Positions 1-12,185 of a DNA stretch of 64,000 bases are shown here, piece by piece. A model generated the notes under the pieces. It saw nothing but the letters and a program-made list of their open reading frames with translations, did no database searches and was not told where the DNA came from. Position 1 is the first letter of the stretch, and the number at the start of each line of letters is the position of its first letter. This DNA comes from Octopus vulgaris (taxonomy: Eukaryota), in assembly GCA_951406725.2 (NCBI GenBank), contig OX597816.1, positions 15,066,001-15,130,000 on the forward strand, given 5' to 3'. The position numbers were made by a program, and so were the translations under genes.

Positions 1-156
1 TATATGAAGCTTGCTTCCAGACCACATGGTTCCGGGTTCGGTCCCACTGCGTGGCACCTTGGGCAAGTAAGTGTCTTCTACTAAATCTTCGGGCAGACCA
101 AAGCCTTGTGAGTGGATTTGGTAGAAGGAAATTGAAAGAAGCCCATTGTGTATATA
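1..156 (+). mobile_element. SINE family A, 5' part (tRNA-like head + CORE-like segment)
   Basis: B-box-like GGTTCGGTCCC followed by ...gcaccttgggcaagt...gtcttcta...gaaagaagccc, shared with more than 15 other copies in the window; ends in (TA)n where a mariner remnant is inserted. Confidence 0.8.
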
Positions 157-722
157 TTGGGTTATCCAGAAAGTTCATGCCAATTTTTAAAGGAAAGAAA
201 AAAGTCAATAAATACTTGCCATTACATTTTTAATCAATCAAATATGAACCATTTTGTTGCACAATGCGTCTCCATCTTTCCTTTAACTTGAAAATACTCT
301 CTTCCTAGATTTGAGGTGGTTTCATGGCAAAGAATTCATCAAGGTATCTTTTTACGTCATCCAAAGAATTGAAATTTTTAACATTAAGACTATTCTGCAG
401 AGACCTGAATAAATGGAAATCCGAAGGAGCAATATCTAGTGAATGTGGAGGGTGGGGTAACACATCCCAGCCAAGCTGCAGCAATTTTTGTCTGGTTCCC
501 AAAGCATCAAGTGCCGAAAATGAACTTTCTTATCTTCCATTTTAAAGGGTTACAAAATTAACACAGGTTCTAGGAACATAAACCTTCTTCCATGAAAAGA
601 TAGCTTAAACTGTGCTCTAAATGGAGGTGGAGTCAAATCCTATTTTATAGACTCAACCATGTTCTAAAATAAGTCGAAAGGTTAGCTGCTATAAATCAGC
701 ACGAACTTTCCGGACAACCCAA
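157..722 (-). mobile_element. Internally deleted mariner element with both TIRs
   Basis: TIRs ttgggttatccagaaagttcatgc / gcacgaactttccggacaacccaa, TA on both sides; ORF 305-502(-) gives LGWDVLPHPPHSLDIAPSDFHLFRSLQN (mariner YSPDLAPSD motif). Confidence 0.9.
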
Positions 723-1084
723 TACGTTATCTTTTACTTGTTTCAGTCATTAAATTGTGGCCATGCTGGGGTACCACCTTGAAGGATTTTGGTCAAATGA
801 ATTGATTTCAGTATTTATGTTTCTTTGGAATTGGAAAAGGTTTCTTTTTCTTCTCTGTCTATATATATTCATAGACACAGATATAAGTTGTATGGTAAGA
901 CTGTCATTTCCCAATTACATGGTTCCAAGTTCAGTCCTATGGCATGGCACTTTCAGCAAGTGTCTTCTATAGCCTAGGGCCAAGCAAGGCTATGTGAGTG
1001 GATTTTATAGATGATCCGGACTGTTGCCATAGTAACGAAGCTAAAGTATGAAGAGTAAAGCTGCTTGGCACAGATTGAGCTTGA

Positions 1085-1650
1085 GCACTGTTGTGAAACC
1101 GTATGGCATATTACCAGCCAATGTATGCCACTAGCCCAGAAGGAATATAAGAGACGCCACAGCTTCTAATGCGGGAGATCTTATTACAGTGTCAGGTGTT
1201 CACTACCAGTGAACTAAGGTAACATCCCTTATTTTTCGAGCACTATCCAAAGTATTTGAGTGGTTCCAAGCAGTGCTGTTTTCTGCAAGTGCTCCACCCT
1301 TATTTGTTCCATGTACTTCTCAAGATTTTTACATACTGTTCCCAGGGCTCAGACAATTATTGATACTACTACCACATTTTTCATCGACCACAACTGCTTA
1401 ACTTCCCAAGCTAACCTGTCATATCTATCGACTTTACTTTCTTCCTTATCACATACCTTGTTGTCAGCTGGGTATGTTATATCTATGATCCTGCATAGTT
1501 TGCTTTCTTTCTCAATTAACACTATGTCTGGTTTCCTATTCTCTATCTCATGGTTGCACTGAATCATAAAATCCCATAGGATCTTTGCATTATCATTTTT
1601 GATAATGCCTTTGGGCTTACGTTTGTACCACTTTTTTGCTCTGTCTAGTC
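1085..1650 (-). pseudogene. RLE-type (R4/Dong-like) non-LTR retrotransposon C-terminal fragment, rearranged
   Basis: Minus strand: KWY..KP....NAKILWDFMIQCNHEIENRKPDIVLIEK...IIDITYP...LQKTALLGT; plus strand 1085-1160: ETVWHITSQCMPLAQKEYKRRH (CCHC region). Confidence 0.85.
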
Positions 1651-1739
1651 TATATTTGTTATGTATATATTAATATTACTATTATTATCAGTTTGTTCAT
1701 TGTTGCTGACGATGACCAAAGCCATCATGTTGCAGAGGA

Positions 1740-1985
1740 AGACGGGTCATGGTGTGTCTGGTTGTGGTCAATAAGTCCTTTGTATCCTTGGAAGGCTTGG
1801 CTGCAAGTCAGGCACCAAGGACTGAAGGCGAGAAGTTGGCTCTGGACTTGCACAGTTTGTATTCTCTTTGTGCTCCTGCAATCCTGTTCTGTTTGAAGGA
1901 GGTGGAACCTCTAATGATGCAGTTTTACCAGGCAAAGAGGTCTTGTGCTTGTATTTCCCAGATGTCAGGGTTGATCTCAAAATCA
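1740..1985 (-). pseudogene. RTE-type LINE 3' fragment
   Basis: Minus-strand frames give WEIQAQD..AW...I.RG...F.QNRIA and, after a frameshift, CLTCSQAFQGYKGLIDHNQTH (RTE C-terminal C2H2-like finger). Confidence 0.65.
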
Positions 1986-1989
1986 CTAT

Positions 1990-2365
1990 CCCTAGCCACT
2001 AAACCTTTTTTGTATTTTCTCTCTCTGTTTATTTCCTTGTATTCCTTTCTGTTGAAGAGCATAGGCTCAAAACATAAAAGACTTTCTCACTTCCTGAGCG
2101 TTAAACTAATGCCTCTGTTTGTTGTTTACACACGTTGCCTTAATAGCACTTGTGCTGGTGGCACATGAAAAACAATATTCAAGTGAGGTCATTGCCAGTG
2201 CTACTGGACTGGCTCCTGTGCAGGTGGCACATAAAAAACGTCCAACCCATGCTAGCATGAAAAGCAGACATTAAACGATGACGACGATGATGATGATGAT
2301 GATGATGATGACACCTGTCTTCATCTTTTGTATTGTTTATTTTTTGTAAATTCTAACTAACTATA
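1990..2365 (+). mobile_element. Short hammerhead-bearing element (HH1 family), split by a family C insertion (2136-2310)
   Basis: Aligns with copies at 3175, 24195 and 55775; motif 2045-2080 ctttCTGTTGAaGAGCatagGCTCaaaacataaaag (GAAAC and GTA decayed); ends in (TA)n. Confidence 0.7.
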
Positions 2366-2374
2366 TATATATAT

Positions 2375-2560
2375 GTAGTTGAAATTTACAGAAAAACAAA
2401 AGATGAAAACAGGTGTATGAACAACAAGCAGGTGTATTAGTTTGACGCTTGGGAAGGTGAGAAAGTCTTTTACGTTTCGAGCCTATGCTCTTCAGCAGAA
2501 AGGAACATGAGGAAATAAACAGAGAAAGAAAAAAACAACTTGTGGATTTAGTGGTCAGTC
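2375..2560 (-). mobile_element. HH1 family copy, tail-to-tail with the previous one
   Basis: Reverse complement of 2467-2502: ctttCTGCTGAaGAGCatagGCTC GAAAC GTA aaag. Confidence 0.7.
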
Positions 2561-2819
2561 ATGGTGATGCAAACTGCCAGGAGTCTCAGAGGGGATGATA
2601 GGGGACTGTGACTCCATGTAGTTTGAGGTGCTTGAGAAAACACACCAAGCTAAGTAAAAGCACAGCTGTCCTTGCATAGGGGCTTGTCCCCTGCATCTCT
2701 CTCCAGCTAAGCATTCCTAATCTTGTACGTAGGGCTGGCCCCAGGGTTGCTGGCACCCTGGGCAAGTTGAACTTCGGCATGTGCAAGCTGATGGTCGTGG
2801 AAATTACCTTGTCTTTGTC

Positions 2820-2995
2820 ACGCCCTTACAAACACAATTTTCTGGTGAAGCAATGAAAATATGCAGGACTTAACTCAAGTTTAAAATGTGACATTGTTTT
2901 TCTTATCTACATTCCATTGATGGAGCTTTGTATCTTTGTCAGATATTATCTCCTTCCTCAGGAAAAAAAATTTGAATAATTAAAAACAGAAGAGA
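2820..2995 (+). mobile_element. 3' end of an RLE-type LINE abutting (CATA)n
   Basis: LQTQFSGEAMKICRT*LKFKM* and 3'UTR similar to 25690-25870 and 41270-41810(-). Confidence 0.55.
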
Positions 2996-3174
2996 GCATA
3001 TGTACATACAAACATTCATACATATATACATACATATATACATACATACATATACACATACATATACACATACATACATACATACATATCATCATCATCA
3101 TCATCGTTTAGCGTCCGCTTTCCATGCTAGCATGGGTTGGACGATATATATATATATATATGAGTTGTCATGAT

Positions 3175-3350
3175 AGATTGGTAGCCACTACACACATTTT
3201 TTTTCTCTCCTTGTTTCTTCTGTGTCCCTTTCTGTAGAAGAGCATAGGCTCGAAACGTAAAAGACTTTTTCAATTCCTGAGCGTTATACTAATACATCTG
3301 TTTGTTTTCTACACCACCTGTCTTCGTCTTTTGTTTTTTTTGTAAACTCT

Positions 3351-3355
<5 letters not shown>
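3175..3355 (+). mobile_element. HH1 family short element
   Basis: ~180 bp, near-identical to 55775-55955; ends in a long (TA)n. Confidence 0.75.
3228..3263 (+). ncRNA. Minimal type-I hammerhead-like motif with variant core (CUGUAGA)
   Basis: cttt-CTGTAGA-a-GAGC atag GCTC-GAAAC-GTA-aaag: stem I cttt/aaag, 4-bp stem II, palindromic ACGT stem III. Confidence 0.6.
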
Positions 3356-3420
<65 letters not shown>

Positions 3421-3423
<3 letters not shown>

Positions 3424-3612
3424 GGGGTGCTGGAAAGTTTCTCACTTTGAGTAAAAGAAAATACAGGAGGATCAGTTTATTCAATGTATTTCCCTCTCAG
3501 ATTTACACACTTATTGTAGTGGTCCTTCAGTTTTGCTAAGACCTGTAAAAGAACTTCGAAGTTTGGGCCTCCAAACAGGCTTTTCACAATATCCTTAAAG
3601 CCAGTAACTTTT
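3421..3612 (-). mobile_element. Mariner-derived MITE (~200 bp)
   Basis: Terminus gagggggtgctggaaagtt after TA; reverse complement of the copies at 37721 and 38071. Confidence 0.7.
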
Positions 3613-3825
3613 CCTACATACAAACATACATACATACATACATACATATACATACGTGTATATATATACTGTCCATTTATATGTATACTTTTATATGTTT
3701 CATTTTATTGCTTATAGCATTGTTGCTAATGCCATCATCATCATCGTTATTATCATTATCATTATTATAATAATAATTATTATTTTTATTATTATTATTA
3801 TTGTTATTATTATCATTATCATTAT

Positions 3826-4415
3826 TGAGTGAGAGAGCAGTGCATACCATCAAAGTGACAAAGGGGTAAAATATACGAAACCCAGTATACCCATCATAAT
3901 TACCCGTCTGATAAGGGTACACTAGGCATGTGCCTGACATGGTGATCTCATATCAAGATAAACAGTGTATGACCTTGCAGGTGGGGTCCTGTTAGAATTT
4001 TCTTCACGTCCAGTAGCCTATTCTGCTCAAAAGGTCCTTGAATAAGGTTTATTTTAAAGATATTGAACAAAACATCCATGTTTCCAGAAACGAATTATCC
4101 AAACCCCAACACATGGCTATGATACTCCCCCACTAATTCTGCTCGTGATCAGAGATGCACATATCGTCAGCCACTAAGGGACATGCTCAACTGGTTACGG
4201 TCAAACAACTGACAAGCAAATCTGTGGTATTGAGCAGAATATTTGCTGTAGCCCATCTTTTATACCAAGACAAACAATGTACATGATAACACTTCCAATC
4301 AGTTATGATCAGAAACCATGAGAACCACTGCCTGGTGCTGTATCAGGGCATTTATGGTACTCTGCCAGGGCATCTATATTGCATCAGGGCATTTGTACTG
4401 CATCAGGGCATTTAC
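3826..4415 (-). mobile_element. ~560-bp (TAA)n-flanked element family
   Basis: Reverse complement of 35531-36087; both ends abut (TTA/TAA)n. Confidence 0.75.
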
Positions 4416-4451
<36 letters not shown>

Positions 4452-4664
4452 CATTATTATTATTATTATGTTTTTTCCTTCTTTCTTCAAATTTTCTTCC
4501 GTTTCTTGCCGAGTGTTTTCTATAAACCTAGGGCAGAGAAGGGCATTGAATGCATTCCCACATTACACGCGCAAATTCACAGATAAAATATGTATTTAAA
4601 AATTATTATTATTATTATTATTATTATTAGTATTGTTGTTGTTGTTGTTGTTGTTGCTATTGTC

Positions 4665-4705
<41 letters not shown>

Positions 4706-5622
4706 AATAATTATTATTTTTATTATTACAAATTGTATAGTTATATTAATATCATTTAATAAATAACTGGCATACTTTCTCAACAAAACACAGGAAGGAA
4801 ACTAACAACTTTCACAAGTTTAATACTTAGATTTATGTCCTAATTATGCATTATATAGTTCAGTGCCCTACTTAATATCTCTACGTGTGTGTGTGTGTGT
4901 GTGTATGTTGGTATGCAGATATATGTTTGTGTGTGTGTTTGTGTATGTGTGAGATCATGATAAATGCAATTTTCTATAATTTGTTCCTACATATATTTCA
5001 ACATGGTGGCTGTTTGGAACTCTGTATTGAATGTTCCAAATGCAATTGGATGCTTAAAGTGAAGAAATCATCAGGGCATCATTTATCTGTGAATTTGCGC
5101 ATGTAATGTGGGAATGCATTCAATGCCTTTCTCTGCCCTAGGTGTATAGAAAACACTCGGTGAGAAACGGAAGAAAATTTGAAGAAAGAAGGAAAAAACA
5201 TAATAATAATAATAATAATAATAATAATAGTAAATGCCCTGATGCAGTACAAATGCCCTGTCGCAATATAGATGCCCTGGCAGAGTACCATAAATGCCCT
5301 GATACAGCACCAGGCAGTGGTTCTCATGGCTTCTGATCTTAGCTGATTGGAAGCGTTATCATGTACATTGTTTTGTCTTGGTATAAAAGATGGACTACAG
5401 AAAATATTCTCCTGAATACCACAGATTTGCTTGTCAGTTGTTTGACCGTAACCAGTTGAGCATGTCCCTTACTGGCTGACGATATGTGCATCTTTGATCA
5501 TGAGCAGAAGTAGTGGGGGAGCATCATAGCCATGTGTTGGGGTTTGGATAATTCATCTCTGGAAACATGGGTGTTTTGTTCAATATCTTTAAAATAAACC
5601 TTATTCAAGGACCTTTTGAGCA
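4024..5622. repeat. Large inverted duplication (arms ~4024-4587 and ~5082-5622)
   Basis: Arms share diagnostic indels and flank not present in the third family copy; duplicated ORF translations 4318(+) and 5079(-). Confidence 0.9.
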
Positions 5623-5711
5623 TTAGGTTGCAGAGAACTAATGTCTAGGTTTGGATAGATGGCAAGACATTTTATAAGTATTTTGATAGGGAAGAAGAAA
5701 GAAAGCTAAGG

Positions 5712-5912
5712 TGCAGGAATGGCTGTGTGGTAAGTAGCTCGCTTACACACCACCTGGTTCTGGGTTCTGTCCAACTGCTTGACACCTTGGGCAGGTGTCT
5801 TCTACTTAAGCCTTGGGTTGACCAAAGCATTGTGAGTAGATTTGTTAGACGAAAACTGAAAGAAGCCAGTTGTGTATATATATGTATGTGTGTGTGTATG
5901 TATGTGTGTGTA

Positions 5913-5944
<32 letters not shown>

Positions 5945-6170
5945 TATGTCTGTTTGTGCATTTGTGTGTTTGTGTTTGTCCCCACCACCATCACTTGACA
6001 ACCGATGCTGGTTTGTTTACGTCCCTGTAACATTAGCGGTTCGGCAAAGGAGACCCACAGAATAAGTACTAGGCTTACAAAGAATGAGTCCTGGGGTCAA
6101 ACTGTTCGACTAAAAGGCGGTGCTCCAGCATGGCCACAGTCAAATGATTGAAACGAGTAAAAGAGTATAT
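5712..6170 (+). mobile_element. SINE family A, full length
   Basis: A-box tggctgtgtggt, B-box-like ggttctgtcc, internal (TG)n, 3' body ending gactgaaacaagtaaaagag-type tail. Confidence 0.85.
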
Positions 6171-7023
6171 GAGTAAAAAAGTAGAAAAAGAAAGAGAAAT
6201 GAAGAAAGAAGTGAAAAGGAGAGGGAAAAAGACACGATAGAAAATGAAGAGAAGAAAAAGACAAGATGGAATTTATTGAGGTAGATTTTCTATGGTTGGG
6301 TGCTCTCTTTGTTGCCAAACCTCACCGGTTTCCAGGCAAGGTCATATTATTCCAAGGCAGATATGTTTTTCACAGCAGACTAGTAGGGACCAACCTTTCT
6401 AGAAAAGTCTATACACAAACACATATGAAATAAGCACACACAGATATAGATATAGACTTCAAGAAGACTTGTTTTCCACTGCAGAAGTTCTAAGGTCACT
6501 CGCTTTGGTGAGAGGATCAGCCTGCAAGACCCCTCTGCCGGTGCCATGTGAGAAACACTCATGCTGGTGCTATATAAGAGCGCTTGTGCCAGTTGCATCT
6601 TAAAAGCACTCTGCACAAACTGTAAAATGGTTGGCATTATGAAGGGCATCTAACCATAGAAACCATGCCAAATTAGACTAGAACCTGGTACAGCTCCCCA
6701 GGTGGCCAAGACTGGTCAAACTGTTCAACCCATGCCAGCATGGAAAACAAACATTAAAAGTCGATTATGATGATGATGATGGTGGTGATGATGATGATGA
6801 TCATGATGATGTAGGTGCAGGTATGGCTGTGTGGTAGAAAGTTTGCTTAGAGTTGACACAGTTCTGAGTTCAGTGCCATCGTGTGGCACCATGGGCAAGT
6901 GTCTGCTACTATAACCTCTGGCTGACCAAATCTTGTGAGTATTTGGTAGATGGAAACTGAAAGAAGCCTGTTGTATATACACACACACATATACAAACAT
7001 ATATATATATATATATATATATA

Positions 7024-7322
7024 TCCGACTCGTGGCCGATGCCAGCACCGCTTCGTCTGGCTTCTGTGCCGGTGGCACATAAAATACACCAATCCGACCG
7101 TGGCCGTTGCCAGCCTTGCCTGGCACCTGTGCAGGTGGCACGTAAAAAGCACCCACTACACTCACGGAGTGGTTGGCGTTAGGAAGGGCATCAAGCTGTA
7201 GAAACGCTGCCAGATAAGACTGGAGCCTGGTGCAGCCTTCTGGCTTCCCAGATCCCCGGTCGAACTGTCCAACCCATGCTAGCATGGAGAACGGACGTTA
7301 AACGATGATGATGATGATGATG

Positions 7323-7324
<2 letters not shown>
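7024..7324 (+). mobile_element. Retroposon family C with (ATG)n tail
   Basis: ...ggttggcgttaggaagggcatc...aacccatgctagcatgga...gttaaacgatgatg; roughly 20 5'-variable copies in the window (e.g. 11455-11755-, 17604-17960-, 20215-20730-, 31261-31553-, 41361-41655-, 43284-43626+, 55320-55761+). Confidence 0.85.
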
Positions 7325-7362
<38 letters not shown>

Positions 7363-7363
7363 A

Positions 7364-7422
<59 letters not shown>

Positions 7423-7552
7423 GTAATATGTTATAAAAAGAAAATATAAAATACACGTGGAAATGTAAGGATAAAATATGAAAAATCAACGAAAATGCAC
7501 ATTACAAATAAAAAAAAAAGGCTATTTATGACAGATGATGACAAATATATAC

Positions 7553-7771
7553 ATTTAGATTGACTGAGGTAGTAATACGAGTCATAAAAGTCATTATTAT
7601 GAGATGATTATAAGAGAACAAAATGGACCATGCTTTACGCAAAGCATAAAATAGCAACATGATGAATAGCCTTGTGTAAACAGTGGTCCGTTTTGTCCTC
7701 TTGCTTTATTGTCATCTTATAATCATGTCATAATAATGACTTTTATGACTTGTATTACTACCTCGTCAATC

Positions 7772-7776
<5 letters not shown>
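7553..7776. repeat. ~220-bp foldback palindrome (MITE-like)
   Basis: atttagattgactgaggtagtaatac...gtattactacctcgtcaatctaaat; ~60-bp outer arms, further inner complementarity; (TA)n on the right. Confidence 0.85.
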
Positions 7777-7821
<45 letters not shown>

Positions 7822-8585
7822 GTATAGATGTAAGTATGTACATATACGTATGTATATATGCATATATATATTATATATATATATATACATAAAATATAAA
7901 TAATATATATATGCATATATACATATGTATATGTACATACTTACATCTATACTTTTATATATGCATATGTGGGCACAGAACGTCATGAAACGTATACAAC
8001 AAAGAAGTATGAAGCACGAGTACGTGGAACTATTGTTTCGAACAATGAAAGACACAAATGGAAAACAAAACAAACATAAAAAACGACCCTTCGTCAGTTG
8101 TTGTCTGTTTTTCTAGTCTCGTATTTCGAGCATTTAACAACGATATACGCTTTTGATAAAACAGTTGCTTCCTGCAAAGTAAATTAAATCAAATTTGGGA
8201 TTTTGCGGAGGGCCAAAATAAGTAACACAAACAGGACAGCGAAAACAAACAGGAAGGGCTGCTAAGCCTGAATGAGGTTGTGGTGGTGAATGTGTGAATC
8301 AAGCTAGCACAGGAGACAAACAAGAACACATCTTCCTTGCTCCAGCAACGACAGAGAGAAAGAAAGAAAGCTGGCTGGTGGTCATGTGGGAGCCACGTGA
8401 GCAAGGGAGGAGTGAGGGAGAGAGAGTGACACTGTAATAGGATAGAATAGTGGGAGAAGAGGAGGTAAAAGAATAAGAGAGAGAAAAACAAAAGAGTATA
8501 AAGATCATATAGAGTGTGCATCAGAATTATTAAGATAAAACTTACTAGGAAGAGGATGCGTGGCTTTCAATCATATAATAATATG

Positions 8586-8651
<66 letters not shown>

Positions 8652-8652
8652 G

Positions 8653-8694
<42 letters not shown>

Positions 8695-9059
8695 TATATA
8701 CATATGTATATGTACATACATCTATATATATATATATATATATATAAATGCATATGTGGGCACAGTCTGTCATGAAACATGTACAACAAAAAAGTACGAA
8801 GCCCAAGGACATGGAACATGAACTCTTCTTTCGAACAATGAGAGACACAAATGGAAAGCAAAATAAATATATAAATATATATATATAAAAAAATTCAAAT
8901 TATGATGAATGTAAATAAACAAACGAAGTTTGCTTTAGAATGATTGAGATGTCTTAGAAAGTTAAAGAAGTGATTTTAAATTTTCAAACGCAGGATGATG
9001 CTAATAATATTGCATGAACAGGATAAGCTACCCCTATTTTTGCTGAAAGAAGTGTTCGC

Positions 9060-9135
9060 AGCCAGCTATGAGACTTGAACTCACACCTCCGTGATTATGC
9101 GTTGTGGCGCTCTGAACCATTAAGCTAAACCGCCC
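9060..9135 (-). pseudogene. tRNA-Met(CAT)-like pseudogene or SINE head
   Basis: Reverse complement ggcggtttagcttaatggttcagagcgccacaacgCATaatcacggaggtgtgagttcaagtctcatagctggc resembles the elongator tRNA-Met 3' half; anticodon stem broken. Confidence 0.5.
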
Positions 9136-9519
9136 ACACCACAATTTCTTCTGCAAATTTAAGATATATAGATATCTCGCTTTATATAATAAATTAACAG
9201 ACTAAGGAAAGGAATTCCTTCAAAGGGGTGTGTGAAAGATCCAATTCATTGGTATGTTAGTTGAATACCACATAAATATGGGTGTAATGCAAATTACAAA
9301 GATAAAATCTAATAGAGAGAAACAATTGACAATCCACTAATTTATTTATATCATAATATAACATAATAATAGATAACATAAATAATCATTAAAGCATCAA
9401 AAGGCCAACAATTTTTCGACAATTTTTGATATTTATATTCATATGATATATTACAATATAAATAAATTATTGGATAGTCAATTTTATCTCTCTATTTAAT
9501 TATATATATATGTATATAT

Positions 9520-9590
<71 letters not shown>

Positions 9591-9611
9591 GAGTGTACAT
9601 ATATATATATG

Positions 9612-10010
9612 CAGGAGTGGCTGTGTGGTAAGTAGCTTGCTAACCAACCACATGGTTCCGGGTTCAGTCCCACTGCGTGGCATCTTGGTCAAGTGTCTTC
9701 TGCTATAGTTCCAGGCCGACCAATGCCTTGTGAGTGGATTTGGTGGACGGAAACTGAAAGAAGCCTGTTGTATATATGTATATATATGTATGTGTGTGTT
9801 TGTGTGTCTGTGTTTGTCTCCCTAGCATTGCTTGACAACCGATGCTGGTGTGTTTACATCCCTGTCACTTAGCAGTTTGGCAAAAAGAGACCGATAAAAT
9901 AAGTACTGGGCTTACAAAGAATAAGTCCCGGGGTCGATTTGCTCGACTAAAGGCAGTGCTCCAGCATAGCCGCAGTCAAAATGACTGAAACAAGTAAAAG
10001 AGTAAAAGAG
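9612..10010 (+). mobile_element. SINE family A, full length
   Basis: gcaggagtggctgtgtggtaag...ggttcagtccc...gtaaaagagtaaaagag. Confidence 0.9.
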
Positions 10011-10038
10011 TATATGTATGTATGTATATATATGTGTA

Positions 10039-10085
<47 letters not shown>

Positions 10086-10086
10086 A

Positions 10087-10121
<35 letters not shown>

Positions 10122-10477
10122 GTATGTATGTATCTATATATATGTATGTATATATATGTAAGTAAATATATATATATATATCATCGTCATCATTTAATGT
10201 CTGTTGTATATATATGTATATGTATTTTTACTTTTTTATATATATATATATATATACACACATGCACGTGCACACACACACATATACAAATACATGTATA
10301 CACACAACACATACACACACACACATATGATGGGCTTCTTTCAGTTTCTGTTTACTAAATCCTCTCATAAGGCTTTAGTCAACCCAGGGCAATAATAGAA
10401 AACACTCACCCAAGGAGCAACACCGAGGGCTTGAACTCAAAACTGGTTCAGATGCAAACTTCTTAAGCACACAGTAT

Positions 10478-10750
10478 GGATTTTCCTGATTTCAGTGAAG
10501 TCATGTTAGATTTAGTGAGAAATCCATTTAAATTAGTCAGTTGAAAAAGTCCCTGAGGAATTTCTGCGGCTGAAGAATGATTCTGAATATGTTTGAGGAG
10601 AAGTCAATTATGGGACTTAGGCTTTTGATGTGTGATTCCTAACCAAAAGTGACAGCAAAGGGCCATACATACATTGTCTTCATTTGTGGTAATATATTTT
10701 TGTGTGTCTAACTTTGCAACTCTTTTGAAAAGGAAAACGAAGCAAGGAAT
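10478..10750 (+). pseudogene. hAT (Charlie/Buster-like) transposase C-terminal remnant
   Basis: Frames give FPDF....DLVRNPF, EEFLRLKNDS and FVVIYFCVSNFATLLKRKTKQ, matching the hAT dimerization motif (F.TTYLCESGFS.L..IKTK). Confidence 0.6.
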
Positions 10751-10759
10751 TTCTATCAT

Positions 10760-11110
10760 CACCGTTGGCGTCATCATCATTGCCATCACTGTCGTCATCA
10801 TCATCGTCATTGTTGTTCGTCGTAATTGTCATCATTATCGCTGTCATCATCATCGCCGTCATCATCATCGCTGTCATCATCGTCTTTGTAGTTGTTCATC
10901 GTCATTGTCATCATTGTAATTATCATCATGACTGTCATCATCATCATCGTCATCATCGTTTTCATCATTGTTTGTCGTCGTCATTGTAATTATCATCATG
11001 ACCGTCATCATCATCATCGTCATCCTCATCTTCATCATTGTTTGTCGTTGTCGTCAACATTGTAATTATCATCATCACCGTCATCATCATCGTCTTCATC
11101 ACCGTTATAA
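10760..11110. repeat. Degenerate (CAT/CGT)n microsatellite
   Basis: Directly visible. Confidence 0.9.
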
Positions 11111-11949
11111 TGACTACTTTTCTATGCTTGCATAGGTTGGATGGAGTTTCTTGAGACAGATTTTCTACACCTGGATGCCCTTCCTGTCACCAACTCTTAT
11201 CGGTTTCCGAAGGAAAGAGATATTTCCGCATAACCAGACATGTTTTTTGCAGAATACTGGAAATATATGACATTGCCTATCTGACAGTTTGGTAAAAGTG
11301 ATCGATAGAATAAGTACCAGGCTCCAAAACAAAAAAGTACTGGGGTTGATCCATTCAACTAAAAATTCTTCAAGGCAGTGCCCCAGTATGGCTGCTGTCT
11401 AACGATGGAAAGAAGTAAAAAAAAAAAGAAAAGAAAAAAGAATGATAATGATAAATCATCATCATCATCATCGGTTAGCGTCCGTTTTCCATGCCGGCAT
11501 GGGTTGGATGGTTCAACTGGGGTCTGGGAAGCCAGAAGGCTGTGTCAGGCTCCAATCTGATCTGGCAGTGTTTCTACAGCTGGATGCCCTTCCTAATGCC
11601 AACCACTCCGAGAGTGTAGCGGGTGCTTTTTACGTGCCACCTGCACAGGTGCCAGACGAGGCTGGCAAATGGCCACGATTGGATGGTGCTTTTTACGTGC
11701 CACCGGCACAGGGGCCAGATGAAGCTGGCAACGGCCACAATCGGATAGTGCTTGGCATAAAAGCATTAAAAAAGAAAGTCTTTATTCAACATCAAATATT
11801 AAAAAGAAATGTGATGAGGTCATTGAAAACAAAGTGTCTTGCGATGAATTTTCCAAAAATGTTTATGGTGATGTTTCCTCTTACCCACACAACCACTACT
11901 TACACCTGATTCTTAACCAAAACTAACAGTGAAATGTGAAATTATATTT

Positions 11950-12180
11950 ATTTCTTTATTGCCCACAAGTGGCTAAACATAGAGGGGACAAACAAGGACA
12001 GACAAAGAGATTAAGTCGATTACATCAACCCCAGTGTGTTACTGGTGCTTATTTAATCGACCCTGAAAGGATGAAAGCAAAGCTGTTCTTGGCACAATTT
12101 GAACTCAGACTGTTGAGGCAGACGAAATACTGCTAAGCATTTCACCCAGCATGCTAGCGATTCTGCCCACTCACTGCCTT
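11950..12180 (-). mobile_element. SINE family B
   Basis: Reverse complement of 23031-23262. Confidence 0.8.
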
Positions 12181-12185
12181 TAATT

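Noticed and set aside
8020-8100. CTGACGAAGGG...GAAAC on the minus strand, hammerhead-like
   Set aside because: No convincing stem II, and the sister copy near 8830 reads GAAAG
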